Of a stretch of DNA of 26,901 bases, positions 8,926 through 17,526 are shown one piece after another. Each line of letters opens with the position of its first letter. Within the stretch, counting starts at the first letter, position 1. The stretch lies in the NCBI GenBank assembly GCA_021399395.1, contig JAAFKJ010000117.1:1-26901 (forward strand), written 5' to 3'. The stretch comes from Candidatus Heimdallarchaeota archaeon. Its GTDB lineage: Archaea > Asgardarchaeota > Heimdallarchaeia > Heimdallarchaeales > Heimdallarchaeaceae. Made by a program: the position numbers and the translations under genes. Below the pieces are notes generated by a model. It saw only the letters and a list, made by a program, of their open reading frames with translations, did no database searches and was not told the origin of the DNA.

Positions 8926-9082
8926 AGATGTAGAATATATTACTCATGAAATCATTTGATAGCTTACTTAAATGATTATTATAGATTATATCTTTTAAAC
9001 TTAAAACATTAACGGAAACACATCATCAAATAACTAATTTAAGGTAAATCTTTAAACCTTCAAGTATATTATAAGACCAAGT

Positions 9083-11077
9083 ATGAGCTCTTACACAAAA
9101 AACATCTCCGATTCAATGAACAATAAAAACAATATACGTAATGTAAGTATTGTAAGTCATGTAGATCATGGGAAGACTACATTATCCGATCATTTGCTTC
9201 AAGCTGGAGGATTAATATCTAGAACTATGGCAGGAACTGCTAGAGCTTTAGATTATCTAGAAGAAGAGCAGAAGCGAGGTATCACTATTAAGACAGCAAA
9301 TATATCTCTCTTATATAATACAGAAGATAATGATTTTTTGATAAATCTAGTTGATACTCCAGGTCATGTAGACTTCTCTGGCATGGTTTCACAAGCTTTG
9401 CGATTAGTTGATGGAGTTGTTATTGTGGTTGATGCAGTAGAACAAGTGATGGCTCAGACTGAATCTGTTATCAAACAAGCCATGAATGAATGCTTAAGAC
9501 CAATTCTTTTCATCAATAAGGTGGATAGATTGATTAATGAACTAAAGTTACCTAAGAATGAAATTGAGACAAGACTCAATAATATTATTCAAATGGTAAA
9601 TGAACTGATTGAGCAATATTCTCTAAAACAGTTTAAACAAGATTGGAAGGTAAGATTTGATAATGGTACTGTTTTAATCGGTTCGGCCCTCAATGGTTGG
9701 GCAATTTCTGTGTTCTCTAAGAACATTCCACCATTTGAAGAGATAATTCATCATCACTTGGAAAATCAGATTAAGGTTTTAAAATCAGAATACCCTATAA
9801 TAGATTCTTTTATGAAATCGATTATTCAAAATATACCTAATCCACAAATTGGACAAAAAAACCGTTCTAAATTTATAACTCAATTTATAGATCAGAAGGC
9901 TGAAGACTCTCTAAGTAATTGTGATGACAAAGGTCCAACTATAATTTGTTTAGGAAAACTTCTGCATGAAGATAACAGAGGGCTTATCGCTGTAACTAGG
10001 ATTTTTTCCGGATTAGTAAAGTCTGGTTCTTCACTCCGTAATAGAAGAACAGGGAATATATCCCGAATACAACAAGTTTGTATTTACAAAGGTCAATCAC
10101 TAATGACCATAGATTCAGTTGGAGCTGGAAACATTGCTGTTCTTATAGGACTCAAAGACATACAGATTGGAGATACTTTTGTTGATGATATTCCAGACTT
10201 TCCAAATATTATGTTCAAACAAATACCATATCTCCAGGAATCTGTTATCTCTCAAAGGATTGAACCCAAAAAAGTTTCTGATATACCTAAATTAACAAAA
10301 ATTTTAGAAATTCTATCTTTAATTAAACCCAATTTTCATTATAATGTGGATGAAAATACAGGAGAAATTAAAATATTTGGAATAGGCGAATTACAATTAG
10401 AAATTATTCAAGGCGAAATTCAAAAAGCAAATATTACTGTTGAGGTTTCTAATCCTGAAGTTACTCTAGTTGAACAGATTGACAAAGAAGTATTCTTACA
10501 GAAAAAAGATCAACTAGAATTTTTACAGATTACCATAAAATGCAAACAATCCACAGAAGACATGGAAAAAACCAAAGACTGTGTATACAGTGATTACAGA
10601 GATAACTATCTTGAAGTGAAACGAGTGAATACGACTGAAGAGAATTTAGATTTGATACGAGTAGGCTTCAAGAATGCCATCCTAAGAGGTCCGCTTAGAG
10701 GATATCCTATTCGTAAACTACATCTGACAGTGGAGGATATAGAGGAACTTGAACCCGATTCATTCAGGTATGAGTTTATTATCCCACTTCTTCGAAATGT
10801 CATTCATGAAGCGATGATAAACGGAAATATCGGAATTTATGAGCCAATTTACAAGTTCACAATAAATATACCCACTCACTATCTAGGACCTGTGTTAACA
10901 GTTGTTCAAAGATTTGGAAGCGAAATTGAAGATACTGAACATTTAGCTTCGAAGTCTATAATAAAAGGGGAAATTAGTGTAGAATCATCGTTACAAACTG
11001 CATCTGAACTAAGAGCAGCTTCGGAAGGATATGCTTTCTGGCAATTTGAATTCATGGGATATAAGAGGAAAATATAG
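9083..11077 (+). CDS. Divergent elongation factor 2 paralog (aEF-2p-like translational GTPase)
   Basis: NIRNVSIVSHVDHGKTTLSD, EEEQKRGITI, LINLVDTPGHVDF, FINKVDR, domain III GIGELQLEI, GPLRGYPI, YEPIYK. The domain IV diphthamide loop (H-E-D-x-x-H-R-G) is replaced by ELEPDSFRYEF. Confidence 0.85.
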   Translation: MSSYTKNISDSMNNKNNIRNVSIVSHVDHGKTTLSDHLLQAGGLISRTMAGTARALDYLEEEQKRGITIKTANISLLYNTEDNDFLINLVDTPGHVDFSGMVSQALRLVDGVVIVVDAVEQVMAQTESVIKQAMNECLRPILFINKVDRLINELKLPKNEIETRLNNIIQMVNELIEQYSLKQFKQDWKVRFDNGTVLIGSALNGWAISVFSKNIPPFEEIIHHHLENQIKVLKSEYPIIDSFMKSIIQNIPNPQIGQKNRSKFITQFIDQKAEDSLSNCDDKGPTIICLGKLLHEDNRGLIAVTRIFSGLVKSGSSLRNRRTGNISRIQQVCIYKGQSLMTIDSVGAGNIAVLIGLKDIQIGDTFVDDIPDFPNIMFKQIPYLQESVISQRIEPKKVSDIPKLTKILEILSLIKPNFHYNVDENTGEIKIFGIGELQLEIIQGEIQKANITVEVSNPEVTLVEQIDKEVFLQKKDQLEFLQITIKCKQSTEDMEKTKDCVYSDYRDNYLEVKRVNTTEENLDLIRVGFKNAILRGPLRGYPIRKLHLTVEDIEELEPDSFRYEFIIPLLRNVIHEAMINGNIGIYEPIYKFTINIPTHYLGPVLTVVQRFGSEIEDTEHLASKSIIKGEISVESSLQTASELRAASEGYAFWQFEFMGYKRKI

Positions 11078-11183
11078 TTGCCTTAGAATAAGTAATGGCT
11101 CAGAACTCAAGATCTTCATCATCTAATTCAGTCAAGGGTTAGATTCTTCATTGCCAGTTAAAGTTTAAGCTATTCTTATTTTT

Positions 11184-12497
11184 CTATTTTCCTATATCAG
11201 AAAGTATTCTTTGTGAAATATCTGAGCATTTTTCTATTATATGCCATTTATCTAAAGTTAAGTGTTCTCTGTCTTGATAAACAAATTCACCATCCACAAC
11301 TAAATCTGTAACATCAGAGCTTGAGGATGAATAGATTACATTAGACCGGGGATTATTTTGCGGCCAAGAATGGCTTCTTTGTAAAGATAATAGAGTCAAA
11401 TCAGCTGGTGAATTAATAGATATTCCCTCAGAATCTACCCCCATAGCTTTCATCCCTTGGATTGAACCTAGAGTTAGAACGATTGCATTATCTAGTACAC
11501 TAGGATCATTAGCTAAGTATTTTTGAAGCATTGCGGTTGTGGCTAGTTCTTCTAGCATTCCTAAATCATTGTTTGAAGCATTACCATCTGTACCTACTAC
11601 AACTTTTATACCTCGTTCTAGATACTGGTAAACTGGAGCTATACCACTAGTCATCTTAAGGTTAGACTGAGGATTATGAAGTACAGTTATATTTGCATCC
11701 ATCATTATTTGCCATTCTTTTGGAGATGTATGAACACAGTGAGCTGCCAAAATTCTTTCTTTTGTCAATCCAAGATGATTCATATATTCAATTGGAGACA
11801 TTCCGAAGTTCTCTATTGCTTCATCTACCTCTTTCTTTGTTTCATTTAAGTGAATATGAATTGGTAGAGAATACTTTGATGCTAAATCAGATACTTTTAG
11901 CAAGTATTCCTTGGGAACAGTGTAAGGAGCATGAGGTCCTATACCATATCTTACTAATCCATCATTCTGTTTACCTTTACTCTCTAATAATTTTGAAACA
12001 TGTATCCAAGTGTTTTCCAAGCTTCCTGATTCGGGAGTATTATCAAAAACAGAAGGACATAATAAAGCTCGAATTCTTGCTTCTTTTGCTGCTTTTTCAA
12101 TAGACTCAGCATAAAAATACTGGTCAATGAAACCACTTATACCTGATTCAATTAATTCTAAGCATCCTAATTGAGCACCATAATAAGCATCGTCAGCTGA
12201 CATCTTCATCTCAAAAGGCCAAATGTATTCATTCAACCATATCATAAGTTTCTGATTATCGCAAATACCCCTTAACAGAGTTTCAGGTAGATGGGTGTGA
12301 CCATTGATCAGAGATGGTATTGCTATATGGTTTGATCTATCCACTTTATCATGACCAGATAATAGTTTCTTAATATCCCCTTCTTTTCCTACTGCTACTA
12401 TTCTGTCATTTTCAATTAGAATAGCACCATCTCTTATCAGTTTATCACACTTTGATCCAGAGATAATATATTTACACTTAATGTATGTATCACTCAT
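11184..12497 (-). CDS. Amidohydrolase, MTA/SAH deaminase (MtaD/DadD)-like
   Basis: INGHTH metal motif, PHAPYT, HIHLNET, AHCVH, HNPQSNLKM, GTDGNASNNDL. Confidence 0.85.
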   Translation of the reverse strand: MSDTYIKCKYIISGSKCDKLIRDGAILIENDRIVAVGKEGDIKKLLSGHDKVDRSNHIAIPSLINGHTHLPETLLRGICDNQKLMIWLNEYIWPFEMKMSADDAYYGAQLGCLELIESGISGFIDQYFYAESIEKAAKEARIRALLCPSVFDNTPESGSLENTWIHVSKLLESKGKQNDGLVRYGIGPHAPYTVPKEYLLKVSDLASKYSLPIHIHLNETKKEVDEAIENFGMSPIEYMNHLGLTKERILAAHCVHTSPKEWQIMMDANITVLHNPQSNLKMTSGIAPVYQYLERGIKVVVGTDGNASNNDLGMLEELATTAMLQKYLANDPSVLDNAIVLTLGSIQGMKAMGVDSEGISINSPADLTLLSLQRSHSWPQNNPRSNVIYSSSSSDVTDLVVDGEFVYQDREHLTLDKWHIIEKCSDISQRILSDIGK

Positions 12498-12556
12498 CTA
12501 CAATCAGTTTAACTCCGTAAATAAAAAGAAAAGTCTTTCCCTTCTCAGTGTTGAAA

Positions 12557-13780
12557 TTATATTTCTTTCATCTCAAATATCTTCGAGAGTCTGAAATCGC
12601 TTTCTATAACTTCTCTAACCTGCTTGTGAGGAACAGTCAGATGTATCCTTTTGGATCTACCACCTCTCCCTTTACTTATTACTTGAGCTGTGATAATTCC
12701 TAACATATCCAATTCATTAATTAAGTCACCAACTCGACGAGTTGTAAGAATATCCAAACGAACTAGCTTACAGATTTTAGAATAGATTTTATAAACATCA
12801 CCTGTAGTTATTTCTTCAGATTTCCCTTCACCCATGAAGATGGCTTGTAAAACAGCTTTAGTCTGAATTGGAAGTGAAGTTAATACTTCAACTACTGTAT
12901 TTCTTTCTATTACTTGTTGTGCTTTCCTTACATGAAGTTCTGTAACGTTTTCATCACCGTTTCTTTCTGCTAGTTCAGACGCAACACGAAGTAAGTCCAA
13001 AGATCTTCTAGCGTCTCCATGTTGTTGAGCTCCTACTGCTGAACAGAGATTAATAACTCCAAATTCTAGAATGTTTTTGTGGAAAGCTACTTCTGCTCTT
13101 TGAGCAAGAATATCATTCAATTGCTCTGCAGTATAAGGTGAAAAAACAATTTCTTCTTCGCTAAGACTACTACGTATTCTAGGATCAAGAGTTTCTTTGA
13201 AGTTTACATCATTCGTAATTCCAATGATACTAATTTTGGAATTTTCTAAATCACTATTCATTCTTGTTAGAACATACAATGATTCTGAACTTTTACGATA
13301 TAGCATATCTACTTCATCTAGTACAGTGACATGCATTGTATCAAGTTCATCTAGTGCTTCCTTGAATTTCTGATATATAACATCGAAATGTAATCCTGTG
13401 AATGGAACATCTATTCCTATATCTTCACATAGTTGAGTTAACACTCTATATTTTGTATCCACGTGTTGGCAGTTCATATAACTATATTTGAAGGCTAAAT
13501 CTCTCGATTCTGCTCTTTCTTTTAATTTCGCTAATACCTGTTTTGTAACTGCAGTTTTTCCAGTACCTGTTGTCCCATAAATAAAGATGTTAGATGGTGC
13601 TCCACCCCTTAAAGCCGGTGCTAGAATCTTTGCTAGCTCTTCAAATTTATTATCTCTATGCGGTAAAATATCGGGGACGTAGTGAGGACTCAAAACATCT
13701 CTATTTCTGAAAATTTTGGTTTCAGCATCCAAATATCTATCAAATATCTCATCAATATTGGATTTAGGTTTTTCACCCAT
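12557..13780 (-). CDS. cdc6: Orc1/Cdc6 replication initiator
   Basis: YVPDILPHR, Walker A GTTGTGKT, Walker B VLDEVD, FSPYTAEQLNDIL, GDARRSLDLLR, and C-terminal wHTH ELDMLGII..GRGGRS. Confidence 0.97.
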   Translation of the reverse strand: MGEKPKSNIDEIFDRYLDAETKIFRNRDVLSPHYVPDILPHRDNKFEELAKILAPALRGGAPSNIFIYGTTGTGKTAVTKQVLAKLKERAESRDLAFKYSYMNCQHVDTKYRVLTQLCEDIGIDVPFTGLHFDVIYQKFKEALDELDTMHVTVLDEVDMLYRKSSESLYVLTRMNSDLENSKISIIGITNDVNFKETLDPRIRSSLSEEEIVFSPYTAEQLNDILAQRAEVAFHKNILEFGVINLCSAVGAQQHGDARRSLDLLRVASELAERNGDENVTELHVRKAQQVIERNTVVEVLTSLPIQTKAVLQAIFMGEGKSEEITTGDVYKIYSKICKLVRLDILTTRRVGDLINELDMLGIITAQVISKGRGGRSKRIHLTVPHKQVREVIESDFRLSKIFEMKEI

Positions 13781-13901
13781 AACTATTCATCTCTTTGCAG
13801 TTAAATACTAAGAAATTTCTACCTCTGTTTAACTTTGTCGATAGATGACGACTAAAACAATCATCAGGATTATGAATTAATTTGACATAGCTCTAGATGT
13901 A

Positions 13902-14216
13902 TTAAACTAATTTGAATAATACTTTTGGTCGTCCTCTAGTACTTCGTGGGATTGCCTCTTTTTCAATAACCCCTTTAGATATCATTTTAGCTAAGTTATC
14001 ATACAGGGTTGAACGTGGAATATGTGTTAAAGCAACGAGTTGGTTACGTGTAAGAGGTCCATTTTGATCGAGAAGGTTGATTAGAAGATTTTCCAGTTCA
14101 ATTTCTTGATCTATTTCGTCCGAGTAAACATATACACGTCTACTACTCACTACTATTCCTTGAATTGAGGATTTCTCCTTTATTCTCTTTGTTAGCATAT
14201 TCTTGCTCTGTTGCAT
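13902..14216 (-). CDS. Small winged-helix DNA-binding protein upstream of cdc6
   Basis: GPLTRNQLVALTHIPRSTLYDNLAKMISKGVI helix-turn-helix followed by the wing RGRPKVLF. Start position uncertain. Confidence 0.8.
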   Translation of the reverse strand: MQQSKNMLTKRIKEKSSIQGIVVSSRRVYVYSDEIDQEIELENLLINLLDQNGPLTRNQLVALTHIPRSTLYDNLAKMISKGVIEKEAIPRSTRGRPKVLFKLV

Positions 14217-14347
14217 TCTATCACTCTATTTCTCTATCTACAAGTTTAGAGGATTTTTGTCGATTAAATAATTCAATATAATCCACAGAATATCAGTGTA
14301 ATATCTAATAATTTCTTTAGCATTAAACTATATATACTCGACGATAA

Positions 14348-14701
14348 ATGGGAAACGACAAAATAAGCCAGTTTCAGGTAGATTTACTTGATATTGTTAG
14401 TGATATAGAACAGCAAATACAGCACTTATCTGTACAAGATCCTATTTTTGGTTTCATCAGTCCAAAATTTATCAAGTGTGGTAAGAAAAATTGCAAATGT
14501 CATTTTAACACTAAAGATTTACATGGACCATACTTCTACCTACGCCTTGAACCCGAATATAAGTACAACAAGTATCTTGGCAAAGAGGTTCCACGGATTA
14601 TTAAGGAACGTGTTGAAATTGGATCAACTATTAAGAATCTTGAGAAGAAACGCACAAAAATTATTGAAACTGTTTCCCAATTTGAAGATATCGCACTGTG
14701 A
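14348..14701 (+). CDS. DUF6788-like Cys/His (Zn-binding) protein with flanking coiled-coil helices
   Basis: KCGKKNCKC..LHGPYFYL..KYLGK motif, characteristic of DUF6788-type proteins. Confidence 0.7.
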   Translation: MGNDKISQFQVDLLDIVSDIEQQIQHLSVQDPIFGFISPKFIKCGKKNCKCHFNTKDLHGPYFYLRLEPEYKYNKYLGKEVPRIIKERVEIGSTIKNLEKKRTKIIETVSQFEDIAL

Positions 14702-15341
14702 AATTTATTCTTTTAATCTTGTTTTTTCTTGTTTTCTTCTAAGCTATTTTCTGGTTGTACTAGTTCCGTAATACACTTTTCACTCTATTCACAATGAGAG
14801 TGTAATACGCGACGAATACAGCAATCACAATGAACACACACCTTCACTCTTACCCTGTTTTCCACTATTTAGCTCTTTGCTCTCTTACCGCCCCATTTTA
14901 CGCTTCTGTGAAGCATTGTATAGAATACGTTCACTGCGTGCCCAAAACCTTGTGAACAGATATACAATTGCGACAAAAATTCTACCTCTTGATAATTGGA
15001 CTCTCTTAGAAAATTTTCATTTTGTGAACCAAAAAAGTGGACCCCCTTATTTCTACTGGAAAACTTCGATTTCTGTAACTACAACCCGTTCACAACATGT
15101 GAAGACAGTTACAGCGGAAATTAGCTCATAATTTTGTAGTTTCAGCCTATTTCCTATGGAATCATTTCACATACTTTTGTGAATTCTTGACTAAATAGAT
15201 TATAATCTAGTGCTTTTTCACTCAATAATTATAGATTGGATTTCTAAAAGTTGTAATTTTCTTTCTACGTAATCATTAATATAGAACCTCTTTGAAATCT
15301 AGCTGGAGATAATGGGTAATTTCCACTAGGTGAAATAAAGA
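14702..15341. other. Probable replication origin (left ORB cluster) in a 640-bp intergenic region near cdc6
   Basis: Strong ORB on the minus strand at 15041-15061 (TTCCAGTAGAAATAAGGGGGT). Weaker ORB-like boxes at 14852-14867 (-), 15108-15121 (+, GTTACAGCGGAAAT) and 15298-15317 (+, TCTAGCTGGAGATAATGGGT). AT-rich stretch at about 15185-15290. Confidence 0.75.
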
Positions 15342-16475
15342 ATGTCAGATTTCAATATTAAATTACTTGAAGAATTATCTAATGAATTTGGCCCTTCAGG
15401 TTTTGAATGGGAAGCACAGAAGATTCTCAAAAGATATGTAGAGACTTTCTCCGATGAAATTCTAAAGGATAGAACTGGAACTTTGATCTTTACCTCTAAA
15501 GGAACTTCTGATAGTCCCAAGATTATGATTGCAGGTCACATGGACGAAATAGGTTTTCAGGTTGCTGCTATCACTAAAGATGGTTTTGTCAAATTCCATC
15601 AACTTGGTGGTTGGTGGGACCAAACTCTTTTATCTCAACGAGTTAAGATTCGCACTGTTGAAGGTGATCTCATCCCAGGTATTATTGGTGCCAAACCTCC
15701 TCATGTAATTGAGCCTGAGGAACGTAGCAAGGTTGTTACTAAAGCTAAGATGTTTATTGATGTTGGTTGTACCTCTAAAGACGAGGCCAAAGCTCTTGGT
15801 ATCCGTATCGGTGATCCCATCATGCCTGATGCTACTTTCGAGATTTGGGAACGTCCTCGTATTTCTAAAGATGATAATGATGAAGAGAAGAGAGAGAGCG
15901 TCACTCTAGCCGTTGGTAAGGCTTTTGACGACCGCATTGGTGCGCTTATTACTGCCGAGGTTATTAAACAGCTTAAAGCTGAAGATATCCCGCACCCTAA
16001 CACTATTTATGGTTCTTCCACTGTCCAAGAAGAAGTTGGCCTTCGTGGTGCTCGTACCGCTGCTCAGATGATCAAACCTGATATTGGTATTGCTCTCGAA
16101 GTTGATATTGCTGGTGATGTTCCTGGTATTGATGAGACCAAAGCTCCCGCTCATATGGGTAAAGGTCCAAGTATTCTTACCTATGATGGTTCCATGATCC
16201 CCAACCCTCGATTCAGAGACTTTGTTATCAAGACTGCAGAAGAGTTAGACATCCCTCACCAGCTGTCCTTGGTGCCAGGAGGAGGAACAGACGCAGGAGT
16301 AATCCATCTAACAGAGATGGGATGTCCAAGTATAGTCATAGGGATACCAACAAGACATATACACGCACATAACGGAATATTAGATCTAAATGATGTGAAG
16401 AATGCCATAAAGCTAATCATAGAACTAGTAAAAAGGTTAGATAAAGAAAAGGTAGAGTCATTTACAGCAATATAA
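15342..16475 (+). CDS. M42-family (TET) aminopeptidase
   Basis: GPSGFE, AGHMDEIG, GKAFDDRIG, TVQEEVGLRGA, GGGTDAG, PTRHIH. Shine-Dalgarno AGGTG at 15328-15332. Confidence 0.95.
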   Translation: MSDFNIKLLEELSNEFGPSGFEWEAQKILKRYVETFSDEILKDRTGTLIFTSKGTSDSPKIMIAGHMDEIGFQVAAITKDGFVKFHQLGGWWDQTLLSQRVKIRTVEGDLIPGIIGAKPPHVIEPEERSKVVTKAKMFIDVGCTSKDEAKALGIRIGDPIMPDATFEIWERPRISKDDNDEEKRESVTLAVGKAFDDRIGALITAEVIKQLKAEDIPHPNTIYGSSTVQEEVGLRGARTAAQMIKPDIGIALEVDIAGDVPGIDETKAPAHMGKGPSILTYDGSMIPNPRFRDFVIKTAEELDIPHQLSLVPGGGTDAGVIHLTEMGCPSIVIGIPTRHIHAHNGILDLNDVKNAIKLIIELVKRLDKEKVESFTAI

Positions 16476-16482
16476 TCTAAAC

Positions 16483-16501
16483 CATTTTTTTTATATTTTT
16501 T
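16483..16501 (+). terminator. Oligo-T archaeal terminator candidate after the M42 gene
   Basis: Two T-runs separated by ATA, starting about 10 nt after the stop codon. Confidence 0.5.
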
Positions 16502-16540
16502 ACAGTTAAGGAGAACAAGGGCGAGAGAGGAAGAAAGAGA

Positions 16541-16624
16541 AATCTTACCACATAAATAAAAAAGACGTGGTAAGAAAAGAATGAAGTGTCTTACCACAAG
16601 AACAATGTTTCACGTGGTAAGATT
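16541..16624. repeat. Array of four 9-bp half-sites TCTTACCAC/GTGGTAAGA in alternating orientation
   Basis: TCTTACCAC 16543-16551, GTGGTAAGA 16567-16575, TCTTACCAC 16589-16597, GTGGTAAGA 16614-16622. Spacers are 15, 13 and 16 nt. Confidence 0.92.
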
Positions 16625-16669
16625 ATATTTATCATTCTCGGCCTCTGCACAAATAAAACAAAATAAAAA

Positions 16670-17131
16670 TTAACCTAGAAGATCAGGAGGTATCTCTAAT
16701 ACTCTTACTTCTCCATAATTCTCTAATAATTTCTTTGTGATTGAATACAGTCTTTGAGATACACTACCCTTCTTATTCAGCATATCTTCATCTGCCAATC
16801 TAGATAGATATGTGCTTACTGTGCTCATTTTCACTCCTTCCTTGAAAATTATCTCGTATAATTCACACACCTCATTTGAAGTAAACCAGTCTCCTTCAGG
16901 ATAATGATTTCTAATTATACTTGCCACTCGTTCTATCTTTGATGCACTGATTAAATCATTCATACTTGCAATTTTTACTTGTTCCTTATCTTCTTCAGTA
17001 GAAGTGGATCCATCAGATTTACCTGTAACTAAAGCAAGTGTAGTCCTAAGACTCTCAGTATCACCTGAAGGTATTCTTATGATAGTACCATCGGGCAATT
17101 TTATTGTTACTTCTTTTGGCATGTAACTCAC
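16670..17131 (-). CDS. Uncharacterised winged-helix protein
   Basis: WFTSNEVCELYE..MSTVSTYLSRLADEDML..G...RLYSI wHTH pattern, preceded by a short beta-rich N-terminal domain and an acidic linker. Confidence 0.8.
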   Translation of the reverse strand: MSYMPKEVTIKLPDGTIIRIPSGDTESLRTTLALVTGKSDGSTSTEEDKEQVKIASMNDLISASKIERVASIIRNHYPEGDWFTSNEVCELYEIIFKEGVKMSTVSTYLSRLADEDMLNKKGSVSQRLYSITKKLLENYGEVRVLEIPPDLLG

Positions 17132-17265
17132 TTTATTACTACTTAAATTACTGAATACTTTATTTAAAGATAGATATCACGTTGGACTAGGTATCTGATA
17201 ATTTAGACTGCTATTTGATAGTTAAAAACCTAAGTAATATCCAATTTATGTAAGGCAACCGTGAG

Positions 17266-17454
17266 ACACACCCCTTTCCTTCCATTAGAAACATTATTCT
17301 ATATAAACAAGTATTTTTTGAATTGAAAAACGAAACATTTATATAATGAACAATTTAGTTTAATCCAGGACTATGTACAAGTGTAATATAATTAATTATA
17401 TTTTGTATGTACAAGTTATTTAAATCACTCCACATGAAATGATGGGGGGTGTGT
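17266..17454. other. Second ORB-like pair (inverted) flanking an AT-rich 135-bp spacer
   Basis: Minus strand 17266-17292 reads GTTTCTAATGGAAGGAAAGGGGTGTGT; plus strand 17428-17454 reads CTCCACATGAAATGATGGGGGGTGTGT. Both end in GGGGTGTGT. The spacer contains TATGTACAAGT twice (17372, 17406). Confidence 0.65.
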
Positions 17455-17526
17455 ATACTTGTCGCTTTTCCTCCGTCAAAATCCATAAGTTTAAAATTAA
17501 ATAATAAACGGTTTTCACGAGCAAAG

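Noticed and set aside
9083-11077. Calling this the canonical fusA/aEF-2
   Set aside because: It lacks the diphthamide loop, is shortened and divergent in domains II-V, and is not in the rps12-rps7 cluster.
3565-12103. Short antisense ORFs 3565-3753, 4992-5183, 6132-6359, 6628-6933, 10606-10803 and 11693-12103
   Set aside because: They lie opposite well-supported genes, have no recognisable motifs and show shadow-ORF composition.
13902-14701. wHTH + DUF6788 + cdc6 as an integrated plasmid or provirus
   Set aside because: No integrase, att repeats or structural genes are visible. The cdc6 looks like a conserved chromosomal type with ORBs nearby, and the flanking genes are housekeeping.
14448-15131. 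ORFs 14448-14771 and 14877-15131
   Set aside because: The first overlaps the DUF6788-like gene out of frame. The second runs through the ORB/TGTGAA region with a TTG start and no motifs.
15326-16597. Cluster of five overlapping alternative ORFs on the M42 gene
   Set aside because: The local skewed codon usage depletes stop codons in other frames, which explains them. They have no protein-like features.
16541-16624. TCTTACCAC array as a mini-CRISPR
   Set aside because: The units are 9-bp inverted half-sites with 13-16 nt spacers, not 23-47 bp direct repeats, and there are no cas genes.
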